From an uncultured Actinomycetota bacterium (GTDB lineage: Bacteria > Actinomycetota > Humimicrobiia > Humimicrobiales > Humimicrobiaceae), in assembly GCA_964481885.1 (NCBI GenBank), contig CAYZUS010000010.1, forward strand, positions 20,426 through 72,347: a DNA stretch of 51,922 nt, in the 5' to 3' direction. Every line of letters begins with the position of its first letter. The stretch's first letter is position 1. The notes below the pieces were generated by a model. That model ran no database searches and was not told the DNA's origin. It was given only the letters and a program-made list of their open reading frames with translations. Below are positions 42,263 through 51,876 of this stretch, piece by piece. The translations under genes were made by a program, and so were the position numbers.

Positions 42263-43591
42263 GTGACAAAACAAATCAAAGACCTGGCCATAGTTAATAC
42301 GAAAGATGAAGAAGACGTCCCAATGCTGATAATGCCCGAAGAAGCTTTTGAAGGGGATTACATTATTGCTTCCTATTATTATGCATCCAGGATTGCCGGC
42401 GAGGATATATATGAGAAAGCCAAATCATTTGCAGCGGGCCAGACAATAGGGACATGGGTGCCTATACCGGGTATTACCAGACAAATGAAGGAGCTGCATG
42501 GCGGAAGGCTCGTAAGCATTTACGACATACCTCCGACAGAACTTACAACGGATGAGCCAGTGTTTAATTCCCACATTGTTCAAATCGCATTTCCGGATAA
42601 TAATTTTTCTCCACAGTTTCCAATGATGTTTACCACTCTTTTGGGTAATGATGTTTCCACATCTGCACAGGTAAAACTTATTGACATCAGATTTTCCAGG
42701 AATTATTTAAAAGCCTTCAAAGGTCCTCGATTTGGAATAGACGGCATCTATAAATATCTTGATATTCCAATAAGAAGACCCGTGGTCCTTAACATGATAA
42801 AGCCTTGCCTGGGTTACAGTCCCTCCGAAGGTGCACAATTCTTCAAAGAGATAGCACTGGGTGGTGTTGACATCATCAAAGATGACGAACTGCTTGCAGA
42901 TACGACCTACAGTTCAATAGTCGACAGGGTAAAGGCATATAATCTGGCGGCAAAAGAAGTACATGCCGGTACCGGCCATAAAACTGTCTATTGCGTCAAC
43001 ATAACAGACAGGCTTGACAGGTGCATTGAAAACGCCGTAAGGGCCATTGACGCAGGTGCTGAAATGCTCATGGTTAACTTTATAGCCTCAGGCCTTTCAA
43101 CCTTACAGGCATTGTCGGAAGACAGCAGAATAACTGTGCCGATTGTAGGGCATTATGCAAGTGCGGGTTCAATTACGGAATCCTGCAATACCGGTATTTC
43201 AACTCCAATACTTCTGGGAAAACTGGCAAGAATGGCAGGAGCTGATATTGTTTTATTCAGTTCTCCTTACAGTACTTATCCTTTCCTTAAAAGAAGATAC
43301 AGGCAGATAGCGGACATGCACAGGCTTTCCTTTTGCGGACTTCAGACAACAATGCCGGCAGTCGGCGGCGGAGTCCATCCAAACAGTGCTGAAAAAATAG
43401 TAAAAGATCTTGGTAAAGAGATTATACTGGCAGTTGGCGGCGCTATACTGGGACACCCCAATGGTCCGACCGAGGGGGCAAAAGCAATGATGCAGGCGGC
43501 ACATGCTCTGGGACAGGGTATAAATCTTTATGAAATTGCCGGGAACAAAGGATATGAATCCTTAAAGATATCCCTGGAAAAGTGGCAGTAA
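42263..43591 (+). CDS. RuBisCO large-subunit-like protein (form IV RLP)
   Basis: 'AAGQTIGTW', 'MIKPCLGYS', 'GGVDIIKDDE' and 'GGGVHP' show the RuBisCO fold with substitutions at several carboxylase residues. GTG start with AGGAGA RBS. Confidence 0.8.
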   Translation: MTKQIKDLAIVNTKDEEDVPMLIMPEEAFEGDYIIASYYYASRIAGEDIYEKAKSFAAGQTIGTWVPIPGITRQMKELHGGRLVSIYDIPPTELTTDEPVFNSHIVQIAFPDNNFSPQFPMMFTTLLGNDVSTSAQVKLIDIRFSRNYLKAFKGPRFGIDGIYKYLDIPIRRPVVLNMIKPCLGYSPSEGAQFFKEIALGGVDIIKDDELLADTTYSSIVDRVKAYNLAAKEVHAGTGHKTVYCVNITDRLDRCIENAVRAIDAGAEMLMVNFIASGLSTLQALSEDSRITVPIVGHYASAGSITESCNTGISTPILLGKLARMAGADIVLFSSPYSTYPFLKRRYRQIADMHRLSFCGLQTTMPAVGGGVHPNSAEKIVKDLGKEIILAVGGAILGHPNGPTEGAKAMMQAAHALGQGINLYEIAGNKGYESLKISLEKWQ

Positions 43592-43594
43592 AAT

Positions 43595-44302
43595 TCAGAA
43601 CAGCTCCACAAGTGTTTTTTTGATTTCTCTGACTGACTGGTAATCATCAAGTCTTTCCTGAAAGCTTTTTTCTATCTGTATTGTATTTTTAATTTTTGTG
43701 GGGAAACTGTCTTCAAGCACATAGACAAAATTGCTGACATAAGCCGCTTCTTCAATATCATGGGTTACAAAAACCACGGTCCTCTTATCTGCATCCCAGA
43801 GCGACATAAAGGAATAAAGCAGATTTTTCTTTAATTTTGCGTCGAGGCTTTTGAATGGCTCATCCATCAAAAGTATTTCAGAAGGATAGGCAAACGCTCT
43901 GGCAATGGAAACTCTCTGCTGCATTCCACCGCTAAGCTTGTTAGGATAATAATCCTTATATTTGTAAAGACCTACAATTTCAAGATAATTGTTTACCCTG
44001 GATATTAACTCTTTTTCTTTATAAATATCCTTTAGTGCAAAATTGATATTTTCATAGACTGTCTTCCAGTATAAAAGTCTTGGCTCCTGAAATATGTAAG
44101 AGAAGTCCCTGCTTTTAAAATCTGAAATATCGCCGCTGTCAGGGGCCGTAAGTCCGCTTATAATGTTTAAAAGAGTTGTTTTGCCAATGCCAGAAGGCCC
44201 AAGAATGCAGGTGATTTTATTTTCCACAACATCCATGTCAAGCCCGTCAAAAATATAAGAGCTGTCATAACTCTTACACAAGTTTTTAATAGCCAGCACC
44301 AT
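43595..44302 (-). CDS. ABC transporter ATP-binding protein (NitT/TauT, SsuB-like)
   Basis: Walker A 'GPSGIGKTT', signature 'LSGGMQQRV', Walker B 'LLMDEP'. Confidence 0.93.
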   Translation of the reverse strand: MVLAIKNLCKSYDSSYIFDGLDMDVVENKITCILGPSGIGKTTLLNIISGLTAPDSGDISDFKSRDFSYIFQEPRLLYWKTVYENINFALKDIYKEKELISRVNNYLEIVGLYKYKDYYPNKLSGGMQQRVSIARAFAYPSEILLMDEPFKSLDAKLKKNLLYSFMSLWDADKRTVVFVTHDIEEAAYVSNFVYVLEDSFPTKIKNTIQIEKSFQERLDDYQSVREIKKTLVELF

Positions 44303-45062
44303 ATTCTCTTTTCCATTTTAAAGATTTTTTTTCAATGAGCCTTATGAGCCTTTCAAACAAATATCCTATAAGTACCGCAATTATTGTCCAGGCAAAAACA
44401 TCGCTGATATTAAGATATATTTTAGAATCCTGCAGGCTGGTTCCTATGGCATACCTGGGCTGGCTCAGTACTTCAGCTGCTATAACTACTTTCCATCCTA
44501 TTCCAAATGACGTGGAAATTGCTGCCGTTAAAAATGGGACGATAGAAGGCATGTATATTTCTTTTATAACCCTTGTTCTTTTAACTTTGTATATTTTTGC
44601 CATATCCAGAAGCTTCGGATCAATATTTTTAATGCCCTCAATTACATTAGTGCAGATGATTGGAAAGGACATAAGAAAGCTTGCAAATATGGGAACATTG
44701 TTTGCCTTAAACCATATAAGCGCTATCAGTATTATTGTCATTACAGGAGTGGACCTGATAATAACCAGAAAAGGCTCAAATATTTTGCTGAATACCCTGT
44801 TAAAACCAGCGGTAAAACCTATTATCAGCCCAAGAACAAATGATATTGCAAAACCGATAAGGCCTCTTACAAGGGAAAAAAGAATTATAACAAAAAAATC
44901 CCGGGTTTTTACGAGGTTAAAAAGACTTACAAGGGTACTTTCAGGAGAAGGCAGGATGATTGCAGAATTTACTATAAGGGATATTATTTTCCATATCGCA
45001 AGCAGCAATACAAAAGATATAAAAGTATATAGTGTGTCTTTTTTAGAAATAGAAGTTTTCAT
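44286..45062 (-). CDS. ABC transporter permease (NitT/TauT, SsuC-like)
   Basis: Six TM segments and an EAA-like loop. The start is trimmed to the ATG at 45062 ('MKTSISKK'), because the longer ORF-track start runs deep into the upstream gene. Confidence 0.88.
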   Translation of the reverse strand: MKTSISKKDTLYTFISFVLLLAIWKIISLIVNSAIILPSPESTLVSLFNLVKTRDFFVIILFSLVRGLIGFAISFVLGLIIGFTAGFNRVFSKIFEPFLVIIRSTPVMTIILIALIWFKANNVPIFASFLMSFPIICTNVIEGIKNIDPKLLDMAKIYKVKRTRVIKEIYMPSIVPFLTAAISTSFGIGWKVVIAAEVLSQPRYAIGTSLQDSKIYLNISDVFAWTIIAVLIGYLFERLIRLIEKKSLKWKREYGAGY

Positions 45063-46167
45063 CCGGCATTTTTCCTCCCACATCTTCAGGGGAAAATCCC
45101 AAAATGGTATTGATGTAGTTTTTAATAATTTCCTTTGATTGGCCCAGTGTTGTAAAACGTATATTACATCTCGGTATCGCTTCTTTTGCAGTGGCGGCAT
45201 CCATTCCTATCTTAAATTCCTCAACCAGAAGTGAAGCCTCAGGGATATTATTATTGGCCCACAAGGTGCTCAATTCATACTGCTTTAAAAATTCTTCGAC
45301 AACTTCTCTGTTTTTATCTGCAAACTCAGAATTGACAACAACGCATGACATCGGCATAGGATCACCGTTGCCGGCTTTTTTCCATTCCTGCTCTACATCA
45401 AACGCGATTGTCACATTGGGATTCTTTTTTGTGATCATTGTCACAAATGGTTCCGGCAGTATTGCAATATCTGCTTTGCCGGCAATCATAAGCTGAGAGA
45501 GCTCCACCTGTTCAAGGGTGTAATCCAGAGTCACATCAGCAAGTGGGTCGAGCCCGTTTTTTCCAAGAAGGTAGCGCAACGCTATATCAGGAGTTGAACC
45601 TTTGGAAATCACATTAATTTTTTTATTTTTTAAATCGGTCCAGTCAGTTATATCCGTATTCTGCTGCAAAATATATAGCACTCCATATCCTGTAATAGCG
45701 GCTATTCTGTAGCCGGAGCCTTTATTGTATAGCTTTACTGCGACATTAGTAGGCAGCGCAGCAATCTGGACTTCATTGGAAAGTATTTTTGAAACCATAA
45801 TCTCGGGGCTTGCAGCTATTTCATAGGTCGAGATTATATTATTTCCAAGAGAAGGATTTTCCTTGTGAAGCTTTAGCATGCCAATGGAAGTAGGACCCTT
45901 GAGGGAAGCTATCTTTACATTAACCAAAGCATTGGTATCCAGTGATTCCTGACGTTCGCCGGAATCTATAGTAATTTCAGCTGATCCAGACTCTGCGATA
46001 TTTTCCGTATCTGCACCTTTTGCTGGTTCTGAAGATGTTGCTGGCACATTGCTTCCGTCTGCAGCCGTATTGCCTGAATTGATTGTCACATTTTTAACAC
46101 AACCTGTAAAAAACAGTACCGAAAGTACCAGAAATATACAAAATAATATTATAATAAATTTTTTCAT
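45043..46167 (-). CDS. ABC transporter substrate-binding lipoprotein (NMT1/SsuA-like)
   Basis: Start placed at 'MKKFIIILFCIFLVLSVLFFTGC' (signal peptide plus lipobox). A low-complexity linker is followed by a periplasmic-binding fold. Confidence 0.85.
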   Translation of the reverse strand: MKKFIIILFCIFLVLSVLFFTGCVKNVTINSGNTAADGSNVPATSSEPAKGADTENIAESGSAEITIDSGERQESLDTNALVNVKIASLKGPTSIGMLKLHKENPSLGNNIISTYEIAASPEIMVSKILSNEVQIAALPTNVAVKLYNKGSGYRIAAITGYGVLYILQQNTDITDWTDLKNKKINVISKGSTPDIALRYLLGKNGLDPLADVTLDYTLEQVELSQLMIAGKADIAILPEPFVTMITKKNPNVTIAFDVEQEWKKAGNGDPMPMSCVVVNSEFADKNREVVEEFLKQYELSTLWANNNIPEASLLVEEFKIGMDAATAKEAIPRCNIRFTTLGQSKEIIKNYINTILGFSPEDVGGKMPDENFYF

Positions 46168-46379
46168 TTGTTTAATTACTTGCCTTTGTAGTTTAAAAAT
46201 CATTATATTAAAAAAATTACAGACATACTTCATATCCAAAAAATCAGCACACGATCCAAAACATTTTCAGACATTTCGGAAGAATAATGTTACTGGAAAA
46301 TGCTAAAAAAATTTAAGAGACACTGTGCTCCATAATAATAATTGAAGTTTAATATCAATGGAAAATGATATTTATTAAT

Positions 46380-47840
46380 TTACCAGCTGCCGGTTTTAAT
46401 ATAATCGTCCATTGCGATTGCAGCAATTCTCCCGGCACCCATGGCGAGTATTACTGTGGCCGTGCCTGTCACTATGTCTCCACCGGCAAAAACACCTTTT
46501 TTGCTTGTTTTGCCTGATGAGTCCGCGACAATATTGCCTCTCTTGTTTAAACTTATATCAGGAGATGTCTGCATAAGTACAGGGTTTGGACCCTGGCCTA
46601 TTGCAATTACAACAATATCTGTATCAATATCATACTCAGAGTCTTTTACGGGAACCGGTCTTCTGCGCCCTGAATCATCGGGCTCGCCAAGCTCCATCCT
46701 GATACATCTTACTTTTTTGACCCATCCTTTTTCTCCAAGAAGTTCAACCGGGTTTGTCAAAAACACCATTTCAATGCCTTCTTCTATTGCATGGTGTATT
46801 TCTTCAATCCTGCCCGGCATTTCAACTTCGCTTCTTCTGTAAATAATATATACTTTTTTGGCTCCAAGTCTTTTGGCAGTCCTGGCTGAGTCCAGGGCAA
46901 CATTGCCGCCGCCAACAACTGAAACTATATTACCCTTTATAACCGGAGTATCCCACTGGGGGAAAAGATATGCTTTCATGAGGTTTACTCTTGTAAGGTA
47001 TTCATTTGCAGAATATACACCATTAAAGTTTTCTCCGGGAATTCCAAGGAAATAGGGGAGTCCTGCGCCTGTACCTACAAATATACTTTTATAACCGCTC
47101 TCCAGCAGTTCATCAATTGTATAAGTTTTTCCAACTATCATGTTAAGCTTTAAGTCCACTCCAAGGCTCTTGACAAAATCAACCTCCTGCTGGACAATTG
47201 CCTTCGGAAGCCTGAATTCCGGAATACCATACACAAGAACTCCTCCGGCATAATGAAGAGCTTCAAACATTGTGACTGCATATCCAAGCCTTGCAAGCTC
47301 ACCCGCACATGTCAGCCCTGCCGGTCCGGAACCTATAACTGCTGTCTTTATTTTTTCTTTTTTATTTTTCTGTCCGGCATTTAAACTGTCTTCAGGAACA
47401 CCTTCCAAAGACTTGCCGACATAAAGTTTTTCCTTTTCACTGTCAGCCACAAATCTTTCAAGCTTTCCTATTGCGACAGGATCATCTTTAATACCAAGTA
47501 TACACACCTTTTCACACTGATCCTCCTGAGGGCATACCCTTCCGCAGACACCCGGCAGTGCATTTTTTTCCCTGATTTTTTCAAGAGCCTTTTTATATTC
47601 CTTTTGACTTATAAGGGCAATAAAGCTCTTGATGTCGATTTCAACCGGGCAGCCATCTATACATTTGGGTTTTTTGCACATGAGGCATCTGGAACTTTCA
47701 AGCAAAGCTTCCTGCTCAGTATAGCCCAGCTCGACTTCATTAAAATTATTTACCCTCACTTCGGGCTTCTGCTGTGCTATTTTGGTCCGGGGGGTTTTGA
47801 TTTTTTTTGGTTTTTTCTCGTTTGTTATATCATCTTGCAT
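46380..47840 (-). CDS. nfnB: GltD-family NADPH-dependent oxidoreductase, NfnB/SudA-like large subunit
   Basis: 'CLMCKKPKCIDGCPV', 'GRVCPQEDQCEKVC', 'VIGSGPAGLTCAGELA', 'VVGGGNVALDSART'. Overlaps the upstream partner gene by 16 nt. Confidence 0.85.
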   Translation of the reverse strand: MQDDITNEKKPKKIKTPRTKIAQQKPEVRVNNFNEVELGYTEQEALLESSRCLMCKKPKCIDGCPVEIDIKSFIALISQKEYKKALEKIREKNALPGVCGRVCPQEDQCEKVCILGIKDDPVAIGKLERFVADSEKEKLYVGKSLEGVPEDSLNAGQKNKKEKIKTAVIGSGPAGLTCAGELARLGYAVTMFEALHYAGGVLVYGIPEFRLPKAIVQQEVDFVKSLGVDLKLNMIVGKTYTIDELLESGYKSIFVGTGAGLPYFLGIPGENFNGVYSANEYLTRVNLMKAYLFPQWDTPVIKGNIVSVVGGGNVALDSARTAKRLGAKKVYIIYRRSEVEMPGRIEEIHHAIEEGIEMVFLTNPVELLGEKGWVKKVRCIRMELGEPDDSGRRRPVPVKDSEYDIDTDIVVIAIGQGPNPVLMQTSPDISLNKRGNIVADSSGKTSKKGVFAGGDIVTGTATVILAMGAGRIAAIAMDDYIKTGSW

Positions 47841-48685
47841 TTGTGTTTCTCCGTATATTCTTTAAAAGCCACGTTTTCTTCATTACAATAAATATTAAGC
47901 CTGTCCAAAAGCAGGCCAAAATCAACAAGGTGCCCGTCAAATTCAGGGCCATCCACACATGCAAATTTTGTTTTTTTATCAACTTCAACCCTGCATGAGC
48001 CGCACATACCTGTGCCGTCAACCATTATGGGGTTTAACGATACAATAGTATGGATTCCGTGTGGCCTGGTTACTTCACTAACAGCTTTCATCATTAAAGC
48101 AGGTCCAATTGCAATGACCCGTGAAAATATTCTTTCAGGATTGCTTTTAAGGTAGTCAGCCAAAAAGCCTGACACAAAGCCTTTGTAACCAATACTTCCA
48201 TCATCAGTGCAGATATAAAATTCACTGCTGTTTTCTTTTATAATATCCTCGAAAATAAGCCCATCAGTATTTTTTGCACCTAGGATGGAAACAACATAAT
48301 TTCCTGCTTGCTTCATTGCTTTGATTATTGGAAGGGTAGGAGCAATTCCGACACCTCCACCAATAATTGCCACATTGCCGAAATTATCTATTTCTGTATT
48401 TTTCCCCAAAGGCCCGGCGACATCAGGCAAAACGTCGCCCACATTTAGGTCTGCCAAAAGGTGTGTCGATTTCCCCCTCTTAAGAATCGTCAGGTTAATC
48501 AGTCCTTCAGTTTTGTCACTGTCAGCTATTGTCAAAGGAATCCGTTCGCCTGTTTGTGTGGCCCTTACCACGACAAACTGTCCTGCAAGAGCTTTTGCAG
48601 CAATTACATCGTTAAATACTTCAAGGCTGGTGATGTCTTTTGATAGTATTGATTTTTTAATAATTTTATTAAAATTACTCAACAT
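47825..48685 (-). CDS. nfnA: FNR-like flavoprotein with C-terminal 2Fe-2S, NfnA/SudB-like small subunit
   Basis: 'GQFVVV', 'GPLG', 'IIGGGVGIAP', 'GTGMCGSCRVEVDKKTKFACVDGPEF'. Confidence 0.85.
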   Translation of the reverse strand: MLSNFNKIIKKSILSKDITSLEVFNDVIAAKALAGQFVVVRATQTGERIPLTIADSDKTEGLINLTILKRGKSTHLLADLNVGDVLPDVAGPLGKNTEIDNFGNVAIIGGGVGIAPTLPIIKAMKQAGNYVVSILGAKNTDGLIFEDIIKENSSEFYICTDDGSIGYKGFVSGFLADYLKSNPERIFSRVIAIGPALMMKAVSEVTRPHGIHTIVSLNPIMVDGTGMCGSCRVEVDKKTKFACVDGPEFDGHLVDFGLLLDRLNIYCNEENVAFKEYTEKHKCKMI

Positions 48686-48861
48686 GGCCCCTTTTTATAT
48701 TTTCTGTGTTATATTTTAATTTGTGCTAAATCTTATAAATAGAAAAATGAAGTTATAAAAAACATTAAAACATTGGAAAAGAAGTATACACATTTATACA
48801 CAAAAAACAATAAAATCATACAAAAGACTTGCAGACTGCAGGAGATAAAGGGCAGTAAATA

Positions 48862-49368
48862 GTGAAAAAAATAGAAGTTAACGCTCCAAACAGAAAAATT
48901 ATAAAAATAATTGGATTTGGCAATATTTTTATGGGAGATGACGGCATCGGTATCCGAGTAATTGAAGAGATGACAAAGCAGCAGATTTTTAAGGACGAAG
49001 AAGAGATCGAGATTGTTGACGGGGGTACCTCTGGAGTTGATCTGATTTTTATGCTCCAGGACGTGTCTCTGGCCATTATTATTGATGCTGTTGATGCCGG
49101 CCAGGAAATTGGCAGGATTGTTGTTTTTGCGCCTCATGAGATAGCAGGTTTTAAAAAACAGGTATTTAAAAGTTATTCACTTCATGACATCGACCTTGCT
49201 GAAGCATTTGAGCTTGTAAAAACACTTAATTTACCCGCTAAAATCAAAATAATCGGCATTAAACCAAAACATATCGGCTACAGTGACAAGCTAAGCCCTG
49301 AAATAGAAAACAGTATACCGGCAATAATAGAAATGATAAAAAAAGAAGTATCAGCAGAAATATTTTAA
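48862..49368 (+). CDS. [NiFe]-hydrogenase maturation endopeptidase (HycI/HoxW/FrhD family)
   Basis: 'IIGFGNIFMGDDGIGIRV', 'VDGGTSG', 'IIIDAVD', 'SLHDIDL'. The GTG start is uncertain. Confidence 0.85.
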   Translation: MKKIEVNAPNRKIIKIIGFGNIFMGDDGIGIRVIEEMTKQQIFKDEEEIEIVDGGTSGVDLIFMLQDVSLAIIIDAVDAGQEIGRIVVFAPHEIAGFKKQVFKSYSLHDIDLAEAFELVKTLNLPAKIKIIGIKPKHIGYSDKLSPEIENSIPAIIEMIKKEVSAEIF

Positions 49369-50540
49369 CAAATACGTGGGAGCTGCTCGCTGTAGTAAAG
49401 GTCAAGCATTCTTTTCGTACCGATTTCTGTGTTTAAAATAACTCTTCCGCTGCCCTTTTTGGTGACTTTTCCTATGATGCAGGCATCTTTGCCGTATTTA
49501 TTTTTTCGGGCAGCTTCAAGGACCACTGGGGCATCTTCTGCGGATACGAAAAATACCATTTTCCCTTCGTTTGCTACATATAATGGGTCCATTCCAAGAA
49601 ACTCGCAGATACCCCTGGTTTCTCTTTTGACAGGGATTGACTCATTTGAGATCTCAAAATCATGTCTGGAGGCAAGGGCAAGTTCAAATAATACTCTTGC
49701 AAGTCCGCCCCTTGTAGCATCTCTTATTGCGTGAATATTTCCTGATACTGAAATCAGTTCAGCAACCAGAGGGCTTAAGGGGGCGCAATCACTTTGAAGG
49801 GCCGTTTTAAAATCGAATTCTTTCCTTTTGCTTAAAATAGCAATACCATGATCTCCAACAGTTCCGCTGACAATAATAATATCATTTGTTTCTATTCTTG
49901 AGGGCGAGATATTAACTTCTTCATCAATTAACCCTATGCCGGCTGTATTTATATATATTTTGTCGGCACTACCTTTCTCAACAACTTTTGTATCGCCTGC
50001 AACTATTTTTAGTATTATTTCATTATTAATCTTTGTGTTATTGTTGCTTTTATTATCATTTTTATAATTGCTGTCTTTCGGATGGCTGCCGGCAACACTG
50101 CTGTTAATATCATTCAGTGTGGCGCTGACTGACTTCATTATCATTTCAAGGTCCTTTATCGGGAATCCTTCTTCAAGTATAAGTGAAAAGCTTAAAAAAC
50201 AGGGCATGGCCCCGCTTGACGCAAGGTCATTTACAGTGCCGCATATGCTAAGCTTTCCAATATCCCCTCCGGGAAAAAAGATGGGGTTTATTACAAAGCT
50301 GTCGGTAGTAAAGGCAATTTTTTTTCCGGGAAGCCTAAGAACAGCGCTATCTTCAAATCTGTCAAGAATATCATTATTTATATGTTTTGAAATGATATTG
50401 CTTATAAGCTCACTGCTTTTCAGGCCTCCGTCACCATGAGACATAAGGATAACTTCGCCCTGTTTTTTTACACCCTGAAGTTTTACTGGTCCGTTTTGTT
50501 TCTTTTCGTTTTCAGCTATCTCTTTTTGATGTTTTGGCAT
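49365..50540 (-). CDS. hypE: Hydrogenase maturation protein HypE (with a ~30-aa N/K/S-rich insertion)
   Basis: 'MSHGDGG', 'GDTKVV' and the C-terminal 'PRIC'. Its stop overlaps the protease stop within a shared TTAA (convergent 4-bp overlap). Confidence 0.93.
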   Translation of the reverse strand: MPKHQKEIAENEKKQNGPVKLQGVKKQGEVILMSHGDGGLKSSELISNIISKHINNDILDRFEDSAVLRLPGKKIAFTTDSFVINPIFFPGGDIGKLSICGTVNDLASSGAMPCFLSFSLILEEGFPIKDLEMIMKSVSATLNDINSSVAGSHPKDSNYKNDNKSNNNTKINNEIILKIVAGDTKVVEKGSADKIYINTAGIGLIDEEVNISPSRIETNDIIIVSGTVGDHGIAILSKRKEFDFKTALQSDCAPLSPLVAELISVSGNIHAIRDATRGGLARVLFELALASRHDFEISNESIPVKRETRGICEFLGMDPLYVANEGKMVFFVSAEDAPVVLEAARKNKYGKDACIIGKVTKKGSGRVILNTEIGTKRMLDLYYSEQLPRIC

Positions 50541-50598
50541 ATTGGATTAGTTCTCCTAATGGTAAAAGTGATTTTCTATCGTATTAGTTAAAAAGTTC

Positions 50599-51876
50599 TT
50601 AAGATCGTAATTTCAGGTACTTGAAATATGCTGCACAGGTGCCCTCGCTTGATACCATGCAAGGCCCCACCGGATTATCGGGCCTGCAGGAGTTTCCAAA
50701 GAGTAAGCATTCAACAGGTTTCAGTATTCCCTTTAAAACCATTCCGCATTTGCATCCGGCCGGCTCTTTTGAGGAGAATTTCCTGACAGGGAACAATATT
50801 TTTGCATCAAATTCTGCAAAGCTTTCTTTTATTTTTAATCCACTCTGCGCAATCATACCCAGTCCTCTCCAGGAACAATCCTGTGTTTCAAAAACTTCGT
50901 ATATTGCCTTAACAGCTGTCGGGTTTCCTTCGGGTCGAACAACTCTTTGGTATTCTATTTCAACTTTTGCCTCTGTATTCTTTATCTGCTTTAAAATCAT
51001 TAAAATAGAAATCAGGACATCATAAGCATCAAAACCTGCTATGACTCCGGGAATATTATAATCCTTTGCTGTAAACAGATATGGGTCCGAGCCTATTATT
51101 ACAGACACATGCCCGGGAAGTAAAAATCCACTGATGTTGACCTCTTTGTCTGCAAGCAGAGCTTTCAGCGCAGGAGGAACTATCTTGTGTGTTGAAAAAA
51201 CAGAAAAATTCTTAATGTTTTTTTCACGGGCCCGTTTGATAATAACAGATGTCATTGGCACGGTTGTCTCAAAACCTATGGCAATAAATACCACTTTTTT
51301 ATCCGGGTTGTCGGCTGCAAAATTCAGTGCATCAAGGGGAGAGTAGCATATCCTGATATCTTTTCCTGAAGATTTTTCCAAAAACAGGCTCGAATGGGTC
51401 CCGGGAACCCTGAACATGTCCCCAAATGTAAATGCTGTAACCTCATAACTCTTAATCATTTCTATCATAGTGTCAATATCTGAAGCTGAAGTCACGCAGA
51501 CGGGGCAGCCGGGGCCGCTTATTAAAGAAATTTCAGGAGGGAGAAGCTGTGAGATGCCATTTCTTGCAATTGACATCGTGTGGGTTCCACATACTTCCAT
51601 TATATTGATTTTGTCCGGTTTGTTTGTGCCGGGCTTTTCAGACAGCATAGTATTTCGAACTGCAACTGATTGTCGGGATATGTCCGCCGAAACGCTATTT
51701 ATTTCAGAAACAATATTGTTTATATTCCAGTCAGAATCGCCTGGGTTACTGCTGTTGCCGCCACCCGGACCACCGCCGCTGCCTCTGTCATGGTTACTGT
51801 CGCAACTTTTCATATCACAATCAGCATTTCCGGGATCGCTGTTGTCTACACCTGGCTTCCTGCCACTACTTTTCAT
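50599..51876 (-). CDS. hypD: Hydrogenase maturation protein HypD with a low-complexity repeat-containing N-terminal extension (frame stays open to the window edge)
   Basis: 'IMEVCGTHT', 'GPGCPVCV', 'GFETT', 'PGHVS' and the C-terminal Cys-rich 'CKCG...CMVSSEGTC'. The start is uncertain (ATG at 51876, ATG at 51813, or beyond the window). Confidence 0.9.
   Translation of the reverse strand: MKSSGRKPGVDNSDPGNADCDMKSCDSNHDRGSGGGPGGGNSSNPGDSDWNINNIVSEINSVSADISRQSVAVRNTMLSEKPGTNKPDKINIMEVCGTHTMSIARNGISQLLPPEISLISGPGCPVCVTSASDIDTMIEMIKSYEVTAFTFGDMFRVPGTHSSLFLEKSSGKDIRICYSPLDALNFAADNPDKKVVFIAIGFETTVPMTSVIIKRAREKNIKNFSVFSTHKIVPPALKALLADKEVNISGFLLPGHVSVIIGSDPYLFTAKDYNIPGVIAGFDAYDVLISILMILKQIKNTEAKVEIEYQRVVRPEGNPTAVKAIYEVFETQDCSWRGLGMIAQSGLKIKESFAEFDAKILFPVRKFSSKEPAGCKCGMVLKGILKPVECLLFGNSCRPDNPVGPCMVSSEGTCAAYFKYLKLRS

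Noticed and set aside
44335-45138. 267-aa plus-strand ORF overlapping the ABC permease gene
   Set aside because: It is entirely antisense to a well-supported permease. Its sequence is hydrophobic only as a mirror of TM codons. It has no start context or homology signal.
45063-45200. Longer N-terminal extensions given by the ORF track for the permease (to 45200) and the binding protein (to 46239)
   Set aside because: The permease extension would overlap 158 nt of the upstream gene. The binding-protein extension precedes a perfect signal peptide and lipobox that starts at the internal ATG at 46167. The internal starts are more plausible.
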